NCBI GenBank assembly: GCA_023430315.1
Contig: JAEZAW010000239.1
Location: forward strand, 5,592 to 69,591
Reading direction: 5' to 3'
DNA from: Pseudomonadota bacterium
GTDB taxonomy: Bacteria; Pseudomonadota; Alphaproteobacteria; Rhizobiales; Hyphomicrobiaceae
DNA length: 64,000 nucleotides
Part shown: positions 20,729-31,734 of the stretch, in pieces
Position numbering within the stretch: position 1 is the first letter of the stretch
How the letters are laid out: each line of letters opens with the position of its first letter
Notes under the pieces: model-generated
What the model was told of the DNA's origin: nothing
The model's database searches: none
Seen by the model: the letters and a program-made list of their open reading frames with translations, nothing else
Made by a program: the position numbers and the translations under genes

Positions 20729-21085
20729 ATGGCTACGAACGGCAGACTTTCGGATAAGCAGGTGGTGGCGTGGTTCGCGGAGCTGGACTTTGACCGGCAA
20801 GCATCCCTGCTCGACAGCCTGAGCAGAATGCACCAGGAAGCGAAAAGTACCCGCATTAACGTGTTGCGCCGTGAACTCGCTGCATTAGAGAATGGCAATA
20901 CTAACGGCACGTCGAAGAGCACGAAGAGCAGCAAGAGGAAAAGGAACGGCAAGGTTAAACTGGCGGGCATTAAATACCGCGACCCGGCGACAGGCGAGAC
21001 GTGGGCCGGTCGCGGACGCATGGCGAGCTGGCTTGCAGCCAAGCAAAAGGCTGGCGAGAAAATCACCAAATATCTCGTGAAATAG
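20729..21085 (+). CDS. hns: H-NS family nucleoid-associated protein
   Basis: KYRDPATGETWAGRGRMASWL DNA-binding motif after a basic linker. Confidence 0.85.
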   Translation: MATNGRLSDKQVVAWFAELDFDRQASLLDSLSRMHQEAKSTRINVLRRELAALENGNTNGTSKSTKSSKRKRNGKVKLAGIKYRDPATGETWAGRGRMASWLAAKQKAGEKITKYLVK

Positions 21086-21509
21086 GTACTGCCGAGACGC
21101 GCGAGTGCATTCCTTTAAAGGGCGCAATCTCTCGCAACAGCATGAACGGCGTCGGGTCCCGACGCCGCAATAGTGCCCAGTGATCCGGCGGGCGATGATC
21201 AAGTCCGTGGTCCTTCCCACTCTATGATATCGAAACGAGCAAAGCCCTAGATGCGGATCATCAACACCTTGGTCTCGCAATCCGTTGGTCGATCAACTAG
21301 TGGGAAATGATCATGCGAAACGCGATTTCTGCGCGAGCGCCTTTACCGCGCGCAGGTATGTCGAGGCGATGGGGCAAGTCGAGATGCGCGACCCATCGCC
21401 CAAATCGTGCGCGATTCCGAGCATCCCGCCGGTAGGCGCACGCGCGCTTTCTGGCACAGTTTCCCGACGGACCGGGAGTGGGGGAAGGGGACCCGCTCAG
21501 CAGGAGGGA

Positions 21510-21700
21510 GCGGGTTTGAGCTCCAGCCGTAATGCCGCTCTTGCCGGAACCGAGGCCCCGTGATGACGCCTGCCGATGTCGCGGCATGGGCTAACGTTCC
21601 GATGGATACGCCCATCATCACCTTGGCCGCGCGACTCGTCTGCTCGAAGTGTGGCCTGCCGGCCAGCGACTTTCGCGGCCATAATCCAACGCGAGGCTTC
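21510..21700 (+). pseudogene. Zinc-ribbon (CxxC...CxxC) protein remnant
   Basis: FELQP*CRSCRNRGPVMTPADV...LVCSKCG with TAA at 21530. Confidence 0.35.
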
Positions 21701-21738
21701 GCGAGGGCGGGGTGGGCGCCGCCGCGCCACCGCCATCC

Positions 21739-21763
21739 GGAACTTTCTCTCTGCTTCCTTGTT
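21739..21763 (+). promoter_or_regulatory. EcfG-type GSR promoter
   Basis: GGAAC-N16-TGTT. Confidence 0.7.
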
Positions 21764-21786
21764 GAAAGCGACAGGAGGAGCATCCC

Positions 21787-22272
21787 ATGCCGACACCTGA
21801 TGAGCTCAAGAGCAAATTTTGGAAGGCACTTAAATCAGACATGACGATGATGATCGGGCTTGACGGCATTGAGGATGGACATGCCCGCCCAATGACGGCG
21901 CAGATCGAGGGCGAGAGCGGCCCAATTTGGTTTTTTACGTCAAAAGAGAATGCGCTTTGCAGCAAGGCGGGTGACGGGGAGCGTGCGATAGCGACCTTCG
22001 CTTCGAAGGGACACGATCTGTTTGCGACCATACATGGCACGCTGAGGGAGGACACCGATCGTGCCGCTATAGATAGACTTTGGAATCGTTATGTTGCCGC
22101 TTGGTACGAGGGCGGAAAAGACGATCCAAAACTTGCGTTGTTACGTCTGGATCCGGAACGGGCAGAGATATGGCTCGACGCATCGAGTGTTGTGGCAGGG
22201 ATAAAGATGCTGCTCGGCGGCGATCCCAAGTCCGACTATAAAGACAAAGTTGCTAAGGTCGACCTGCGCTAG
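21787..22272 (+). CDS. General stress protein, pyridoxamine 5'-phosphate oxidase-like
   Basis: HARPMTAQ, IWFFT, LWNRYVAAWYEGGKDDPKLALLR; AGGAGG RBS. Confidence 0.88.
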   Translation: MPTPDELKSKFWKALKSDMTMMIGLDGIEDGHARPMTAQIEGESGPIWFFTSKENALCSKAGDGERAIATFASKGHDLFATIHGTLREDTDRAAIDRLWNRYVAAWYEGGKDDPKLALLRLDPERAEIWLDASSVVAGIKMLLGGDPKSDYKDKVAKVDLR

Positions 22273-22543
22273 GCCGTGCGAGGCAGCCCTTGCTCGAATT
22301 GCGCGTGGCTCCGGCGGTGGGCAGATGGCCTAGATCGCGCTCGTTGTCTGCGGGCATCGTTCGTTCACTCTGCACTTTTGCCGAGCTACCCGCAGCGAAT
22401 ATCCAGCGGCCCCAGCCCGCACCAGTAGATGTGCGACATCGTCTTTCCCCAATCGTATCGAGCCGCGCTCAGCACACATCTGTCGATCAAGGGGGGCGGG
22501 CGTCGGTTCTCGGCAAATAATACGATCTCTGGCGACCGACGGA

Positions 22544-22903
22544 CTACGCACTTGGCCGATAGGCCCTGGCCTGGAGCAGAGCTTCGCTTTCGAAACATTC
22601 TAGCGCAAGTTTTTGCGCCAATAGAACATCCCCTTGCGCAAGCTCGCCGCTGGGTACAAAGCACCATTTCGTCGTGCAAACACCGTCAGTGTCGAACTCA
22701 TCGATATTGATGGCAGTAAGATTTCGGACCACATAGCGACGTCCGGTGTCGCTACCGATTACCTCGAAGCGGCCGAAAGCATCGAATTGCGCACGTTGCG
22801 TGCAATTGAGATGAGAGCGTAAGAGTTCATAGGCTCTCTGCTCGGCGAGGCGGCGCTCTTTAAACGGCTGAAACAGCCGAATGAATATCCGCGAAAGTCG
22901 CAC
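22544..22903 (-). CDS. Hypothetical Cys-containing partner of the GG-tailed protein
   Basis: 119 aa, starts 3 nt after the upstream stop; FEVIGSDTGRRY, KWCFVPSGELAQGDVLLAQKLALE. Confidence 0.75.
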   Translation of the reverse strand: MRLSRIFIRLFQPFKERRLAEQRAYELLRSHLNCTQRAQFDAFGRFEVIGSDTGRRYVVRNLTAINIDEFDTDGVCTTKWCFVPSGELAQGDVLLAQKLALECFESEALLQARAYRPSA

Positions 22904-22906
22904 GGG

Positions 22907-23131
22907 TTAGCCGCCACGAAGCGGGGGGATGAACAGGGTTTCCTCGATGTTCGGATCAAACCCGGACAACAGACGCCCGGGCCCCCCGGACTCTCCTGGC
23001 ACGACAGCGCGAAATCCCTTGGCCGCAAGATCCTTGAAGCGGGCTTGTGCGTCGGCCAATGATTGCAGGTCGGCTTTATCGAAGAAATGGCGGCTGTCAC
23101 CTTGGGAATCCATCACTATCTGGACCGACAT
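22907..23131 (-). CDS. 74-aa putative ubiquitin-like protein ending LRGG
   Basis: AGGAG RBS; MSVQIVMDSQGDSRHFF...FDPNIEETLFIPPLRGG; the fold call is inferred. Confidence 0.75.
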   Translation of the reverse strand: MSVQIVMDSQGDSRHFFDKADLQSLADAQARFKDLAAKGFRAVVPGESGGPGRLLSGFDPNIEETLFIPPLRGG

Positions 23132-23163
23132 TTGAATGTCTCCTCGCCTACCGTTGCGCAGGC

Positions 23164-23189
23164 AACGTTGCTATTGGCTCCATCGTTCC
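23164..23189 (-). promoter_or_regulatory. EcfG-type GSR promoter of the GG-protein operon
   Basis: GGAAC-N17-CGTT, 32 nt upstream of ATG 23131. Confidence 0.75.
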
Positions 23190-23629
23190 ATTGGGCGCGT
23201 GCGGTTTTTGTAAGCCCGACGTGGATCGCGCAGGTACAACCAGCAGTCGGAATGTTGCCACGAAGGCGCGATCGAGCAGGACGGCACTGTTCGTCCACGG
23301 TCACCCTCCGGAAGGACTGGGTGTATCTGGCCGTTCTCGAGGCTGTTGGCCATGGCTGCCCGCTCTCGGATTCGTCTTCGCCATGATTTGATGTCCTAAG
23401 CAACGCAATGCAATAGTTGGCCATGTTGGACAGCCCGGCAGTCGGATGATGGTTGGGGCTTTTTGATGTGCGCGTCCGGCCCGCAGTCTCGCGGTTGTTT
23501 CGCTTAAACGGTGGGCTTCTCAAGGCGCAGGCGCGTTACAGCCAAAACGATCCGTCAAACACTGAGTGCCGCGTAAACCTCGCTGAGAGTTGTGCGTTCA
23601 GCCTTGCTGAATGTCACGCCGCCGAACCT

Positions 23630-23657
23630 AAAAAGCCGCCTTCTCTCGGGGACGGCT
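23630..23657 (-). terminator. Rho-independent terminator
   Basis: agccgtcc-ccgagagaa-ggcggct followed by T-tract on minus strand. Confidence 0.55.
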
Positions 23658-24003
23658 CAAAAAGTTGCGATGGACGCCGACGATCTTCCATTGGAGGGGG
23701 CAGGACGTCAGAGCGGCGGACATCGCTCCTGCGGACGTTTTATTGACTAAGGGCAACTGCTACGCCGCGGCTAATGCGAGCTGCAGTGTCGGGGCTTGGG
23801 GGGCATGGTCGAGGTCGTCGGACGCGGTGCGTCGACCGCCGCGCTGCCAGTGAAGCGATGCCATCAGGAGATCAATGTCGAGCGTGTGTTGGTACTATAG
23901 CTCGGCGAGCGCGCGCCAAGTAAGGCAGTCCGCGCCTCGCTACTCGAAAATATGCGACGGTGACCAGCTGCATTTTATCTGGGCGCCGGATTGGCATCAA
24001 ACT

Positions 24004-24456
24004 CTAGCGATCCTGAATCTCCTCCTGAGATCCATTGGCTAAGGTGCGGAGCATTGCTGCTTCCTCCTGAAGTTGATCGACACGAACATTAAGCAGGTCC
24101 CGAATGCTGACCATGCCGCAAGCGCGGTTGCCGTCGACCACTGGGATATGACGGATGCGGTGTCCATGCATGGCCGAGGCAACTTTTGCCACGTCATCGT
24201 CAGGTGAGCAGGTAATCACGTTCCTCGTCATAATCTCGGATACGGGCAAACTGGAAAGTTCGGTTTTGTGAATGCACAGGCTGTAGGCAACATCTCGTTC
24301 TGACACAACACCATCGATGGTGATGCCGTCGTCACTCACGACCACTGCGCCGATGCGCCGCTCACGCAGAAGTCTCGACAGTGCCCCAACACTGTCCGAT
24401 GGCCTGATTGTCACAACTAAGGAGCCTTTGCGCTTCAGAATCTCCAACACATTCAT
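24004..24456 (-). CDS. CBS domain pair protein
   Basis: RRIGAVVV, GVVSERD, RIRHIPVVD, GMVSIRD. Confidence 0.9.
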   Translation of the reverse strand: MNVLEILKRKGSLVVTIRPSDSVGALSRLLRERRIGAVVVSDDGITIDGVVSERDVAYSLCIHKTELSSLPVSEIMTRNVITCSPDDDVAKVASAMHGHRIRHIPVVDGNRACGMVSIRDLLNVRVDQLQEEAAMLRTLANGSQEEIQDR

Positions 24457-25539
24457 GCGCTCGCTGTCCTCCCTCGCATTTACTCAGTGCTAGCTAAATC
24501 GTAGCGCTTGTCATCCCGAGACGCCAGCCTTCGAAGGTGTCCACGTACAACGCCTTTACGAGAAACCCATCTATCGAGCAGAACACGTGGTCGTTACTCG
24601 GACTGAGGTGAGGCGCAGTGATCCGCGGACTTCGGGCGGCCGTTTAAAGTGGGTAGACGACAACTGACCGCGCGTGTGTGCCAGAGGGTGGACGCATAAC
24701 TCAGCGGAGACCGCCAAAGGAGGCTCGAGTCTGTCGAATGGTGTGATGCACGTCATCGACACCGTCATTCTGCCGCCCAAGAAACGAGCTAATGTCGCTA
24801 CCAGGCATCATTGAACCGCGCTTGAGACACTCTGACGGCAAAGACAAATTAATTCTCATCACAATGGACAGGCGGTTTCCGACCTAGGCCAACGCAAGAT
24901 CCCCCTGCGTCTTGTGGTTGGGATGCTCGGCGATCATTGTTGATACGACGCGGAGCAGCAGCGGCTGCAGATGTTTGGTGCGGGCTCGGAACTCTCTCTC
25001 GGCATTGATCCCGGATTTGCGCCCGACATAAAGACGAAAGGTCGCGCTCCCCCGCGCGACCTTTCCTAAGAGGGTCGAACCCTGACTATAGGAGTCGGGC
25101 AGCCCCCTCGTGTGGCCGGCCTGAAGGACAGCACCGAGAAGTTCGAACCACAGGATGGAGATATCGCAGAGCTGAGGCTATCACATCCCCCGTTTGTGGG
25201 AGGAAAGCGGCAGCACGCAAATCGTGTCTCGGACAGTACGCTTCTGATCCGGCTTGGGGCATCATTCACGACACGATGTGGCCACGCCCCGAGTTTAGAG
25301 CATTACCAGAATTCCCGGTCAGGAAGTCATCACTCTCGCGGAGCGGGCCCTTGTGCGCGTATTGTCGATGAGGTCGGCGAGTTTGATAAGTTTGGCTCCC
25401 CAGGGTGCTCTTCCGATGCGCCATGCGCTCACGGTCATCCGCGCTTTGCGGTTGCCCTTCTCAGCGTCGGTGAGCCGATAGGCGATTTCGCCAACCTCGG
25501 CGCCTAACGCTCCAATGACTACTTGGATTGTCGTCGGCG

Positions 25540-25665
25540 TGTCTGGCTTCGATCAGCTTTTTCGACTCTTCGGCATCCTCGTGCTCTTCCATATACGAAA
25601 TGAGCACGTCGGCGCCTTCGCGCGCGTAGGCAATAGTAACGTCGCGGCCGATGCCACTCTCGGCC
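25540..25665 (-). pseudogene. Internal fragment of a stress-type SDR oxidoreductase
   Basis: [39 protein letters not shown] with no N- or C-terminus. Confidence 0.65.
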
Positions 25666-25864
25666 TGGAATTCATCCGGTATCACCACGGGTGTCATTGG
25701 CGCTCTCAGTTCCGGCTCGTTCCACTGGCAAGGAACTGGGGTGGCCGCGTGCGCGCCATGAGCGGGAAAAATCGCCTTATATGCCAGATGTTGGTCGATC
25801 AACAGCAAGCCCAATCAAGGAGAAACAAAATGCGGTGTCTGGGAGGAGCGAGCTACTCGCCTCG

Positions 25865-26905
25865 TCAGATCGCGGCGAATAATGCCGGGGCGGTCCGAGG
25901 AAGCTGCTCGGAGGTGCACTGCCGCGGAGCCTTGTCGGGGCGCCATCGCAAAAGCCGTGTTCCGTGGCGGAAGCGGCGACCGGTGACATGGTCGTACAGT
26001 ACTTCCACGACCAGCTTCGGTCGCAGCGGCCGCCAGTCGGCAGACCGTTCATTGCTCCAGCGACTCGGTCCGCCGGGTGCATCCCCTGTAAATCCCGGCG
26101 GAGCTATGAGCTTTTCAAGCCGCCTCGTCAGAGCGGGCTTATCTCGATCTGAGAGGGAAGACGTAAAGCCGACATGATGCAGAAGGCCTGCGCTATCATA
26201 GAGGCCCAGCAGCAGGGATCCGACATGGCGGCCGCCTGTTTCATAGCGGAGGCCTCCAACGACGCAGTCCGCCGTGCGCTTGTTCTTGATCTTGAGCATG
26301 GCCCGCTCCCCAGGGCGATAAGCAAGATCGAGGCGCTTGGCAACGATCCCGTCGAGTGCAGTATGCCGGCCTTTGAGCCAGCGCTGTGCCGCCGCAAGCT
26401 CCTGGGTGAAGGGAGTGAGCGCAAGCCCTGGGGCCCCATCAAGGGCGTTGAAGAATGCCTCCAATGCCGCGCGACGCTCGATGAATGGGCGGCCCAAAAG
26501 CTCTGCCTTCCCTGAGCGCAGGCAATCGAAGGCTACGAGCGTAGCCGGCGTTTCCGCCGCGAGACGCTTGATACGGCTCTCGGCCGGGTGAAGGCGCATC
26601 TGCAAAGCATCAAAGTAAAGCTCACCCTCAAGCCGGATAATCAATTCTCCGTCGAGCACAAAACGCTTGGATTTGATTGCCCTCAGGTTGGTCAGCAACT
26701 CTGGAAAGAAGCGCGAGAGAGACTTACCTGATTTTGCCTTGAGCTCGGTGTCGGCTCCATCACGGTAAGCGAGGCAGCGAAAGCCGTCCCATTTGGGCTC
26801 ATATTGCCATCCCTCCTCCCTCGGAAGCGCATCGACGAGTCGCGCCTCCATTGGGACGAGCGCATGGAAATCGAATCTGTCTGACGTGCGGCGAGGTGGT
26901 TGCAT
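25865..26905 (-). CDS. ATP-dependent DNA ligase (stand-alone, LigC-like)
   Basis: WQYEPKWDGFR motif I, DGELII, DGIVAK, OB domain RFRHGTRLLRWRPDK; start uncertain. Confidence 0.9.
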   Translation of the reverse strand: MQPPRRTSDRFDFHALVPMEARLVDALPREEGWQYEPKWDGFRCLAYRDGADTELKAKSGKSLSRFFPELLTNLRAIKSKRFVLDGELIIRLEGELYFDALQMRLHPAESRIKRLAAETPATLVAFDCLRSGKAELLGRPFIERRAALEAFFNALDGAPGLALTPFTQELAAAQRWLKGRHTALDGIVAKRLDLAYRPGERAMLKIKNKRTADCVVGGLRYETGGRHVGSLLLGLYDSAGLLHHVGFTSSLSDRDKPALTRRLEKLIAPPGFTGDAPGGPSRWSNERSADWRPLRPKLVVEVLYDHVTGRRFRHGTRLLRWRPDKAPRQCTSEQLPRTAPALFAAI

Positions 26906-27056
26906 GAGCGCGGCCTCAAATTCTAGGGCTCCACTGCCCCGTGGCTTTCGTGTGGGAACGCGCAGAGGCTGGCCGCGATGTTGCAGCTCTTCCGCCAATT
27001 CGGCCACCCGTGCGGGTCGCACGCTGCCCACTTTGCTTATCGTCAGAGCCGCCGTT

Positions 27057-27923
27057 TCAGGCCGCCTTGCGCGCACGCTTCCTGCGCTTGCGCGCAGGAG
27101 CCGTCTTCCTTTCGTCGGACTTTGTTTTCAGTGCCGCGGCTTTCCGGCCTTTGACGCTCTGGCGTAGGGCGTCCATGAGGTCGATGACGTTGCCGCGGTC
27201 CTCCCGTTGGGGGGGCACCTCGATGGTCTTGCCGGATGCCTTCCTCTTCACGAGCTTGCGCAGGGCCAGCTCGTATTCGTCTTTGAATTGCGAGGCATCG
27301 AAGCGGCCCGCCTTACTATCGAGGATGTGGCTCGCGAGCTCGATCATTTCCTTGGCAATGCGCGGGCTCGGGATGCCCTTGAAGAACTCGGCTTCGTCGC
27401 GCACCTCATAGTCGTAGCGCAGGGTCGTCCCGAGCATCCCTTTGCCCCACGCCTCGACGGCGAGAATATGCTCGCGGTTCGCGAAGACAATGCGGGCAAG
27501 TGCAACCTTGCCTTTGTCCTTCATGGCGTCTCGGATGACGGTGAAGGCCTCCTCGCCGCCTTTGCCCTCGGGGACGATGTAGTACGGGCGCTCGTAATAG
27601 CGCTTATCGATATCTTCCTCGGGAACGAACTTGTCGATGTCGATGGTATGCGTGCTCTCGACCTCGACGGCCTCCAATTCCTCCGGCTCGATCTCGACAT
27701 ACTTGCCGCTCGGGAGCTCGTAGCCGCGGCCCTTATCGTCCTTGTCGACGACCTTCCCCGTCTCCTTGTCGACCATCTGCTGGCGCAGGCGGTTACCGGT
27801 TTTGCGGTTGATCTGGTGGAAGTTGGTTTTCTCGGCCTGCGAGGACGCTGGGTAGAGCGCCACCGGGCAGGTCACGAGTGAGAGTTTGAGATAACCTTTC
27901 CAGTACGCGCGGCGGGCAGCCAT
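27057..27923 (-). CDS. ku: Ku protein (NHEJ)
   Basis: [34 protein letters not shown], basic tail. Confidence 0.95.
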   Translation of the reverse strand: MAARRAYWKGYLKLSLVTCPVALYPASSQAEKTNFHQINRKTGNRLRQQMVDKETGKVVDKDDKGRGYELPSGKYVEIEPEELEAVEVESTHTIDIDKFVPEEDIDKRYYERPYYIVPEGKGGEEAFTVIRDAMKDKGKVALARIVFANREHILAVEAWGKGMLGTTLRYDYEVRDEAEFFKGIPSPRIAKEMIELASHILDSKAGRFDASQFKDEYELALRKLVKRKASGKTIEVPPQREDRGNVIDLMDALRQSVKGRKAAALKTKSDERKTAPARKRRKRARKAA

Positions 27924-27949
27924 CGAACACCTCCGGATGATTTCCCGCA

Positions 27950-27974
27950 AACGCTAAGGGAATGTTTTCGTTCC
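27950..27974 (-). promoter_or_regulatory. EcfG-type promoter for ku
   Basis: GGAAC-N16-CGTT. Confidence 0.8.
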
Positions 27975-27983
27975 GCCTTTAGT

Positions 27984-28009
27984 GGAACGGACCGTCGCTA
28001 CAGCCCGTT
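27984..28009 (+). promoter_or_regulatory. EcfG-type promoter for ligD
   Basis: GGAAC-N17-CGTT. Confidence 0.8.
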
Positions 28010-28037
28010 AGGTTCAAGCGGGAAACGTGGGAGCATC

Positions 28038-30662
28038 ATGGCCAAGAGCAAACTAGCCCTCTACCAGCAGAAGCGGGACTTTACGAAAACGGCGGAGCCG
28101 AGCGGCAGGGAGCCGATCGCCCCCGCCGAGTATCCGCGCTTTGTGATCCAGAAGCACGCGGCGACGCGGCTGCACTACGACCTGCGCCTCGAAGTAGACG
28201 GCGTGTTCAAATCATGGGCGGTGACCAAGGGCCCGTCTCTCAATCCTGGTGAGAAGCGACTTGCCGTCGAGACCGAAGATCATCCGCTCGACTACGGGGA
28301 TTTCGAAGGCAGGATACCGAAGGGTGAATATGGCGGCGGCACCGTCATGCTTTGGGATCGCGGGTTCTGGGCCGCGGATGGCGACGCCGCCAAGGCGCTG
28401 CGCAAGGGCGAGTTGCGCTTCACCCTCGTCGGCGAGAAGCTGCAAGGCAGCTGGGTGCTCGTGCGCCTCCGCAATGACCGCGAGGGCGGAAATCGAACCA
28501 ACTGGCTTCTGATCAAGCGACATGATGGCTATGAGAAGGATGATGTCGACATCCTCGCCGAGGACCGATCTGTCGCGTCCGGGCGCAGTATGGATGAGAT
28601 TACCGCCGGCAAAGGCCGCAAGCCCAAGCCCTTCATGCTCGACAAGGCCAAGCGCTTTAATGCGGACGCCGTGTGGCATTCGAACCGCGGCGATGGCAAA
28701 GTCGAACGGGCAGCGAAAAAGGCTGAGAAGCGGAAAGGGAAATCAGGCAAGGGCGCACCTATGCCGCCTTTCATCGCGCCGCAGCTTTGCAAGAGCGTCA
28801 GCCGGCCACCTTCGGGCCAGGACTGGGTGCATGAAATCAAGCTCGATGGCTACCGCATGCAGCTGCGCGTGGAAGATGGCGACGGCACCATGCGCACGCG
28901 CAAAGGCCTCGACTGGACGCCGAAGTTCGCGGCAATCGCGCAGGGAGCTTCTAGCCTGCCGGATTGTCTGATCGATGGCGAGGTGGTTGCACTCGACCCA
29001 AATGGCGCGCCGGATTTTTCGGCGCTGCAAGCAGCCCTGTCCGAAGGTCGTTCCCATGACCTGATCTACTTCGTGTTCGACCTGCTGTTCGAGGCCGGCG
29101 ATGATCTGCGCGACCTGAAGCTGACTGCCCGCAAGGAGCGCCTCGCCGCCCTCCTCGCGCGCAAGGGTCCGCATCACCGCCAGATCCGCTATGTCGAGCA
29201 CCTCGCAGAGCCGGGCGATGCGGTGCTCAAATCCGCATGCAACTTGCAGCTCGAAGGGATCATCTCCAAGCGTGCCGACGCCTCGTACCGTTCGGGCCGC
29301 ACCGAGACGTGGATGAAATCCAAATGCCGCGCCGGTCATGAAGTTGTCGTCGGCGCGTGGAGTGGCAGCGCGACGAGCCTGCGGTCGCTCGTCGTTGGCG
29401 TCTATCGCGGCGATCACCTTGTCCATACTGGCCGCGTTGGGACGGGATTCAACTCGCGCAACACTGGCAACATCCTGAAGCAGCTCAATGCGCTCAAAAC
29501 ACACAAGAGCCCGTTCGGCGGCAAGGGCGCGCCGCGCAAGGGCAAGGACTGGACCTGGGTCAAGCCGAAGCTGGTCGCCGAGATCGAGTTTGCGGGCTTC
29601 ACCGGCGACGGCATGGTGCGGCAGGCCGCCTTCAAGGGCCTGCGCGAGGATAAGCTGGCGGGCGAAGTCCGGGCCGAAGTGCCGGTGCCGCCAAAGGACG
29701 CCGAACTGCCCACGCCCGCGCCGCGCGCCACCCGCGTAAAGGGCGGCAGCGAATCCGTCATGGGCGTTGCCATCTCAAAGCCGGACAAACCGCTATGGCC
29801 GGCGCCCGATGATCTGACCAAGCTCGATCTGGCCCGCTACCTCGAAAAGATTGGCCCGTGGATGCTCATGCATATCAAGGGCCGTCCCTGCTCCATCATC
29901 CGCGCGCCGGACGGTATCAACGGCGAGCGCTTCTTTCAGCGCCACGAGATGCGCGGCATGTCGAATTTGATCTCGGTGACGCGTGTCGAGGGCGATCGCA
30001 AGCCCTACATCCAGATCGACCGGGTCGAGGGTCTCATCGCGGCCGCGCAAATCGCCGCTATTGAATTTCATCCGTGGAACAACCAGCCGGGCAAGCCGCC
30101 GGTGCCGGGAAGGCTCGTCTTCGATCTCGACCCCGCACCTGAGCTCGGCTTTAGCCACGTCATTGCCGCCGCCAAGGAACTGAAGGAGCGGCTCGAGGCG
30201 CTCGGTCTGGCAACATTCTGCAAGACGACCGGCGGCAAGGGCCTGCATGTCGTAACACCGCTCATCGTACGCGAAAAGGACGGGCTCGGCTGGGACGAAG
30301 CCAAGAGCTTCGCGCAGGCAATATGCGCCGCCATGGCGCAGGACAGCCCCGACAAGTACCTGATCAACATGTCCAAGGCGAAGCGCGTCGGCCGGATCTT
30401 TCTCGACTATCTGCGCAATGACCGCATGTCGACGGCGGTTGCGCCGCTTTCACCCCGTATGCGGCCCGGCGCGACAGTCTCGATGCCGCTGCACTGGAGT
30501 GAGGTGCGGGCCGGCCTTGATCCTACACGGTTCACAATGTCGAGCGTGCCGACGCTGCTCGCCAAAGGCAAGCCATGGGCTGACTACAGCGAGAGCGAGG
30601 TGCTGCTCAAGGCGGCAATCCAAAAATTCATCAAGCTGGGCAATCGCCAACGTTCGGCTTAG
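28038..30662 (+). CDS. ligD: DNA ligase D (phosphoesterase-ligase-polymerase)
   Basis: [47 protein letters not shown]. Confidence 0.96.
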   Translation: MAKSKLALYQQKRDFTKTAEPSGREPIAPAEYPRFVIQKHAATRLHYDLRLEVDGVFKSWAVTKGPSLNPGEKRLAVETEDHPLDYGDFEGRIPKGEYGGGTVMLWDRGFWAADGDAAKALRKGELRFTLVGEKLQGSWVLVRLRNDREGGNRTNWLLIKRHDGYEKDDVDILAEDRSVASGRSMDEITAGKGRKPKPFMLDKAKRFNADAVWHSNRGDGKVERAAKKAEKRKGKSGKGAPMPPFIAPQLCKSVSRPPSGQDWVHEIKLDGYRMQLRVEDGDGTMRTRKGLDWTPKFAAIAQGASSLPDCLIDGEVVALDPNGAPDFSALQAALSEGRSHDLIYFVFDLLFEAGDDLRDLKLTARKERLAALLARKGPHHRQIRYVEHLAEPGDAVLKSACNLQLEGIISKRADASYRSGRTETWMKSKCRAGHEVVVGAWSGSATSLRSLVVGVYRGDHLVHTGRVGTGFNSRNTGNILKQLNALKTHKSPFGGKGAPRKGKDWTWVKPKLVAEIEFAGFTGDGMVRQAAFKGLREDKLAGEVRAEVPVPPKDAELPTPAPRATRVKGGSESVMGVAISKPDKPLWPAPDDLTKLDLARYLEKIGPWMLMHIKGRPCSIIRAPDGINGERFFQRHEMRGMSNLISVTRVEGDRKPYIQIDRVEGLIAAAQIAAIEFHPWNNQPGKPPVPGRLVFDLDPAPELGFSHVIAAAKELKERLEALGLATFCKTTGGKGLHVVTPLIVREKDGLGWDEAKSFAQAICAAMAQDSPDKYLINMSKAKRVGRIFLDYLRNDRMSTAVAPLSPRMRPGATVSMPLHWSEVRAGLDPTRFTMSSVPTLLAKGKPWADYSESEVLLKAAIQKFIKLGNRQRSA

Positions 30663-30706
30663 GGCGCCAATTTCCTGCTTCGGCCACGCATTCGCGCCAG
30701 GATGCA

Positions 30707-30731
30707 GGAACCGAGGCAGCCGCCCTGTGTT
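30707..30731 (+). promoter_or_regulatory. EcfG-type GSR promoter
   Basis: GGAAC-N16-TGTT upstream of a small ORF and the yihY-like gene. Confidence 0.6.
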
Positions 30732-30761
30732 TGTCGTCATGACGACGCTCCGGATTTGACC

Positions 30762-30929
30762 ATGCTGAATACTCACCTTGTCGACATCATCAAGGAAGAG
30801 CTCGGCGCGTACTGCCGCGACGTGCATCTTGCTCATGTCGCACGCGTAATCCAGGAGTCGCTTGCCTCAGCTGCGCTAGGAGCGGCGCGGGAGCCCACTG
30901 ATGTGGTCGCTGCTGAAAAGGGCCGTTGA
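30762..30929 (+). CDS. Small hypothetical protein
   Basis: 55-aa ORF between the promoter and the yihY-like gene. Confidence 0.3.
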   Translation: MLNTHLVDIIKEELGAYCRDVHLAHVARVIQESLASAALGAAREPTDVVAAEKGR

Positions 30930-31734
30930 GGGGTTTTTCCAGCACAAGAGCGCGCGGCTCGGCGCGGTGCTCGCCTATTATTCCGTGTTCTCCCTCGGGC
31001 CGCTTCTTCTGATCGTCAGCGCGGTCGCAGGCTTCTTCTTTGGAGCCGACGCTGTACGCGGTTCGCTCACCTCTCAGTTTCGCAGCATTGCTCGGTGAGA
31101 CTGGGAGCCAGGCGGTCGAAGCAATGTTCAAGGGCGCGGAAAGCGCGACGGGGGCGGCATTGCTGCCGTGTTCGGCATCGGCCTTCTCATCGTGGCCGCA
31201 TTTGGCGTCGTGGTGCAGCTACGAGACGCGCTGAATACCATCTTCGAAACCAAAGAGCCGGACGATGCAGGCATTACCTGGTACGCCCGAGTGTATGCGC
31301 TTTCCTTCGCAGGTATCCTCGCGCTCGGCTTTCTCCTCGCGACAGCGCTCGTGGTCAGCGCGGGACTTGCGGCTTTCGCGGCATGGTTCAGCGGGTCCGA
31401 CGCCCAGAGTGTGCTGCTCACGGTCATCAATTTCATCATCTCTCTTGGCGACCTGACGCTGCTGTTCTCGATGCTCTTTAAGTGGCTGCCGGACAGGGAG
31501 CTCTCGTGGCGTGAAGTTGCGGTTGGCGGCTTTGCCACGGCGCTGCTGTTCAATATCGGCAAGACAGCCATTGCCTGGTACTTCGGCACGCAGGGTCTTG
31601 AATCCACCTATGGCGCCGCCGCCTCGATCGTCGTCCTCCTGATCTGGGTTTATTACTCCTCCCAGATTGTGCTCTTCGGGGCCGAGCTCACCCAGGCCAA
31701 TGCGACGCCCGAAGCGGGAGGGCGAAAGCGCTGA
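30901..31734 (+). pseudogene. YihY/BrkB family membrane protein with two compensating indels and an intervening stop
   Basis: LAYYSVFSLGPLL; +1 near 31084, TGA 31096, -1 in G-run near 31152; YGAAASIVVLLIWVYYSSQIVLFGAE. Confidence 0.8.
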
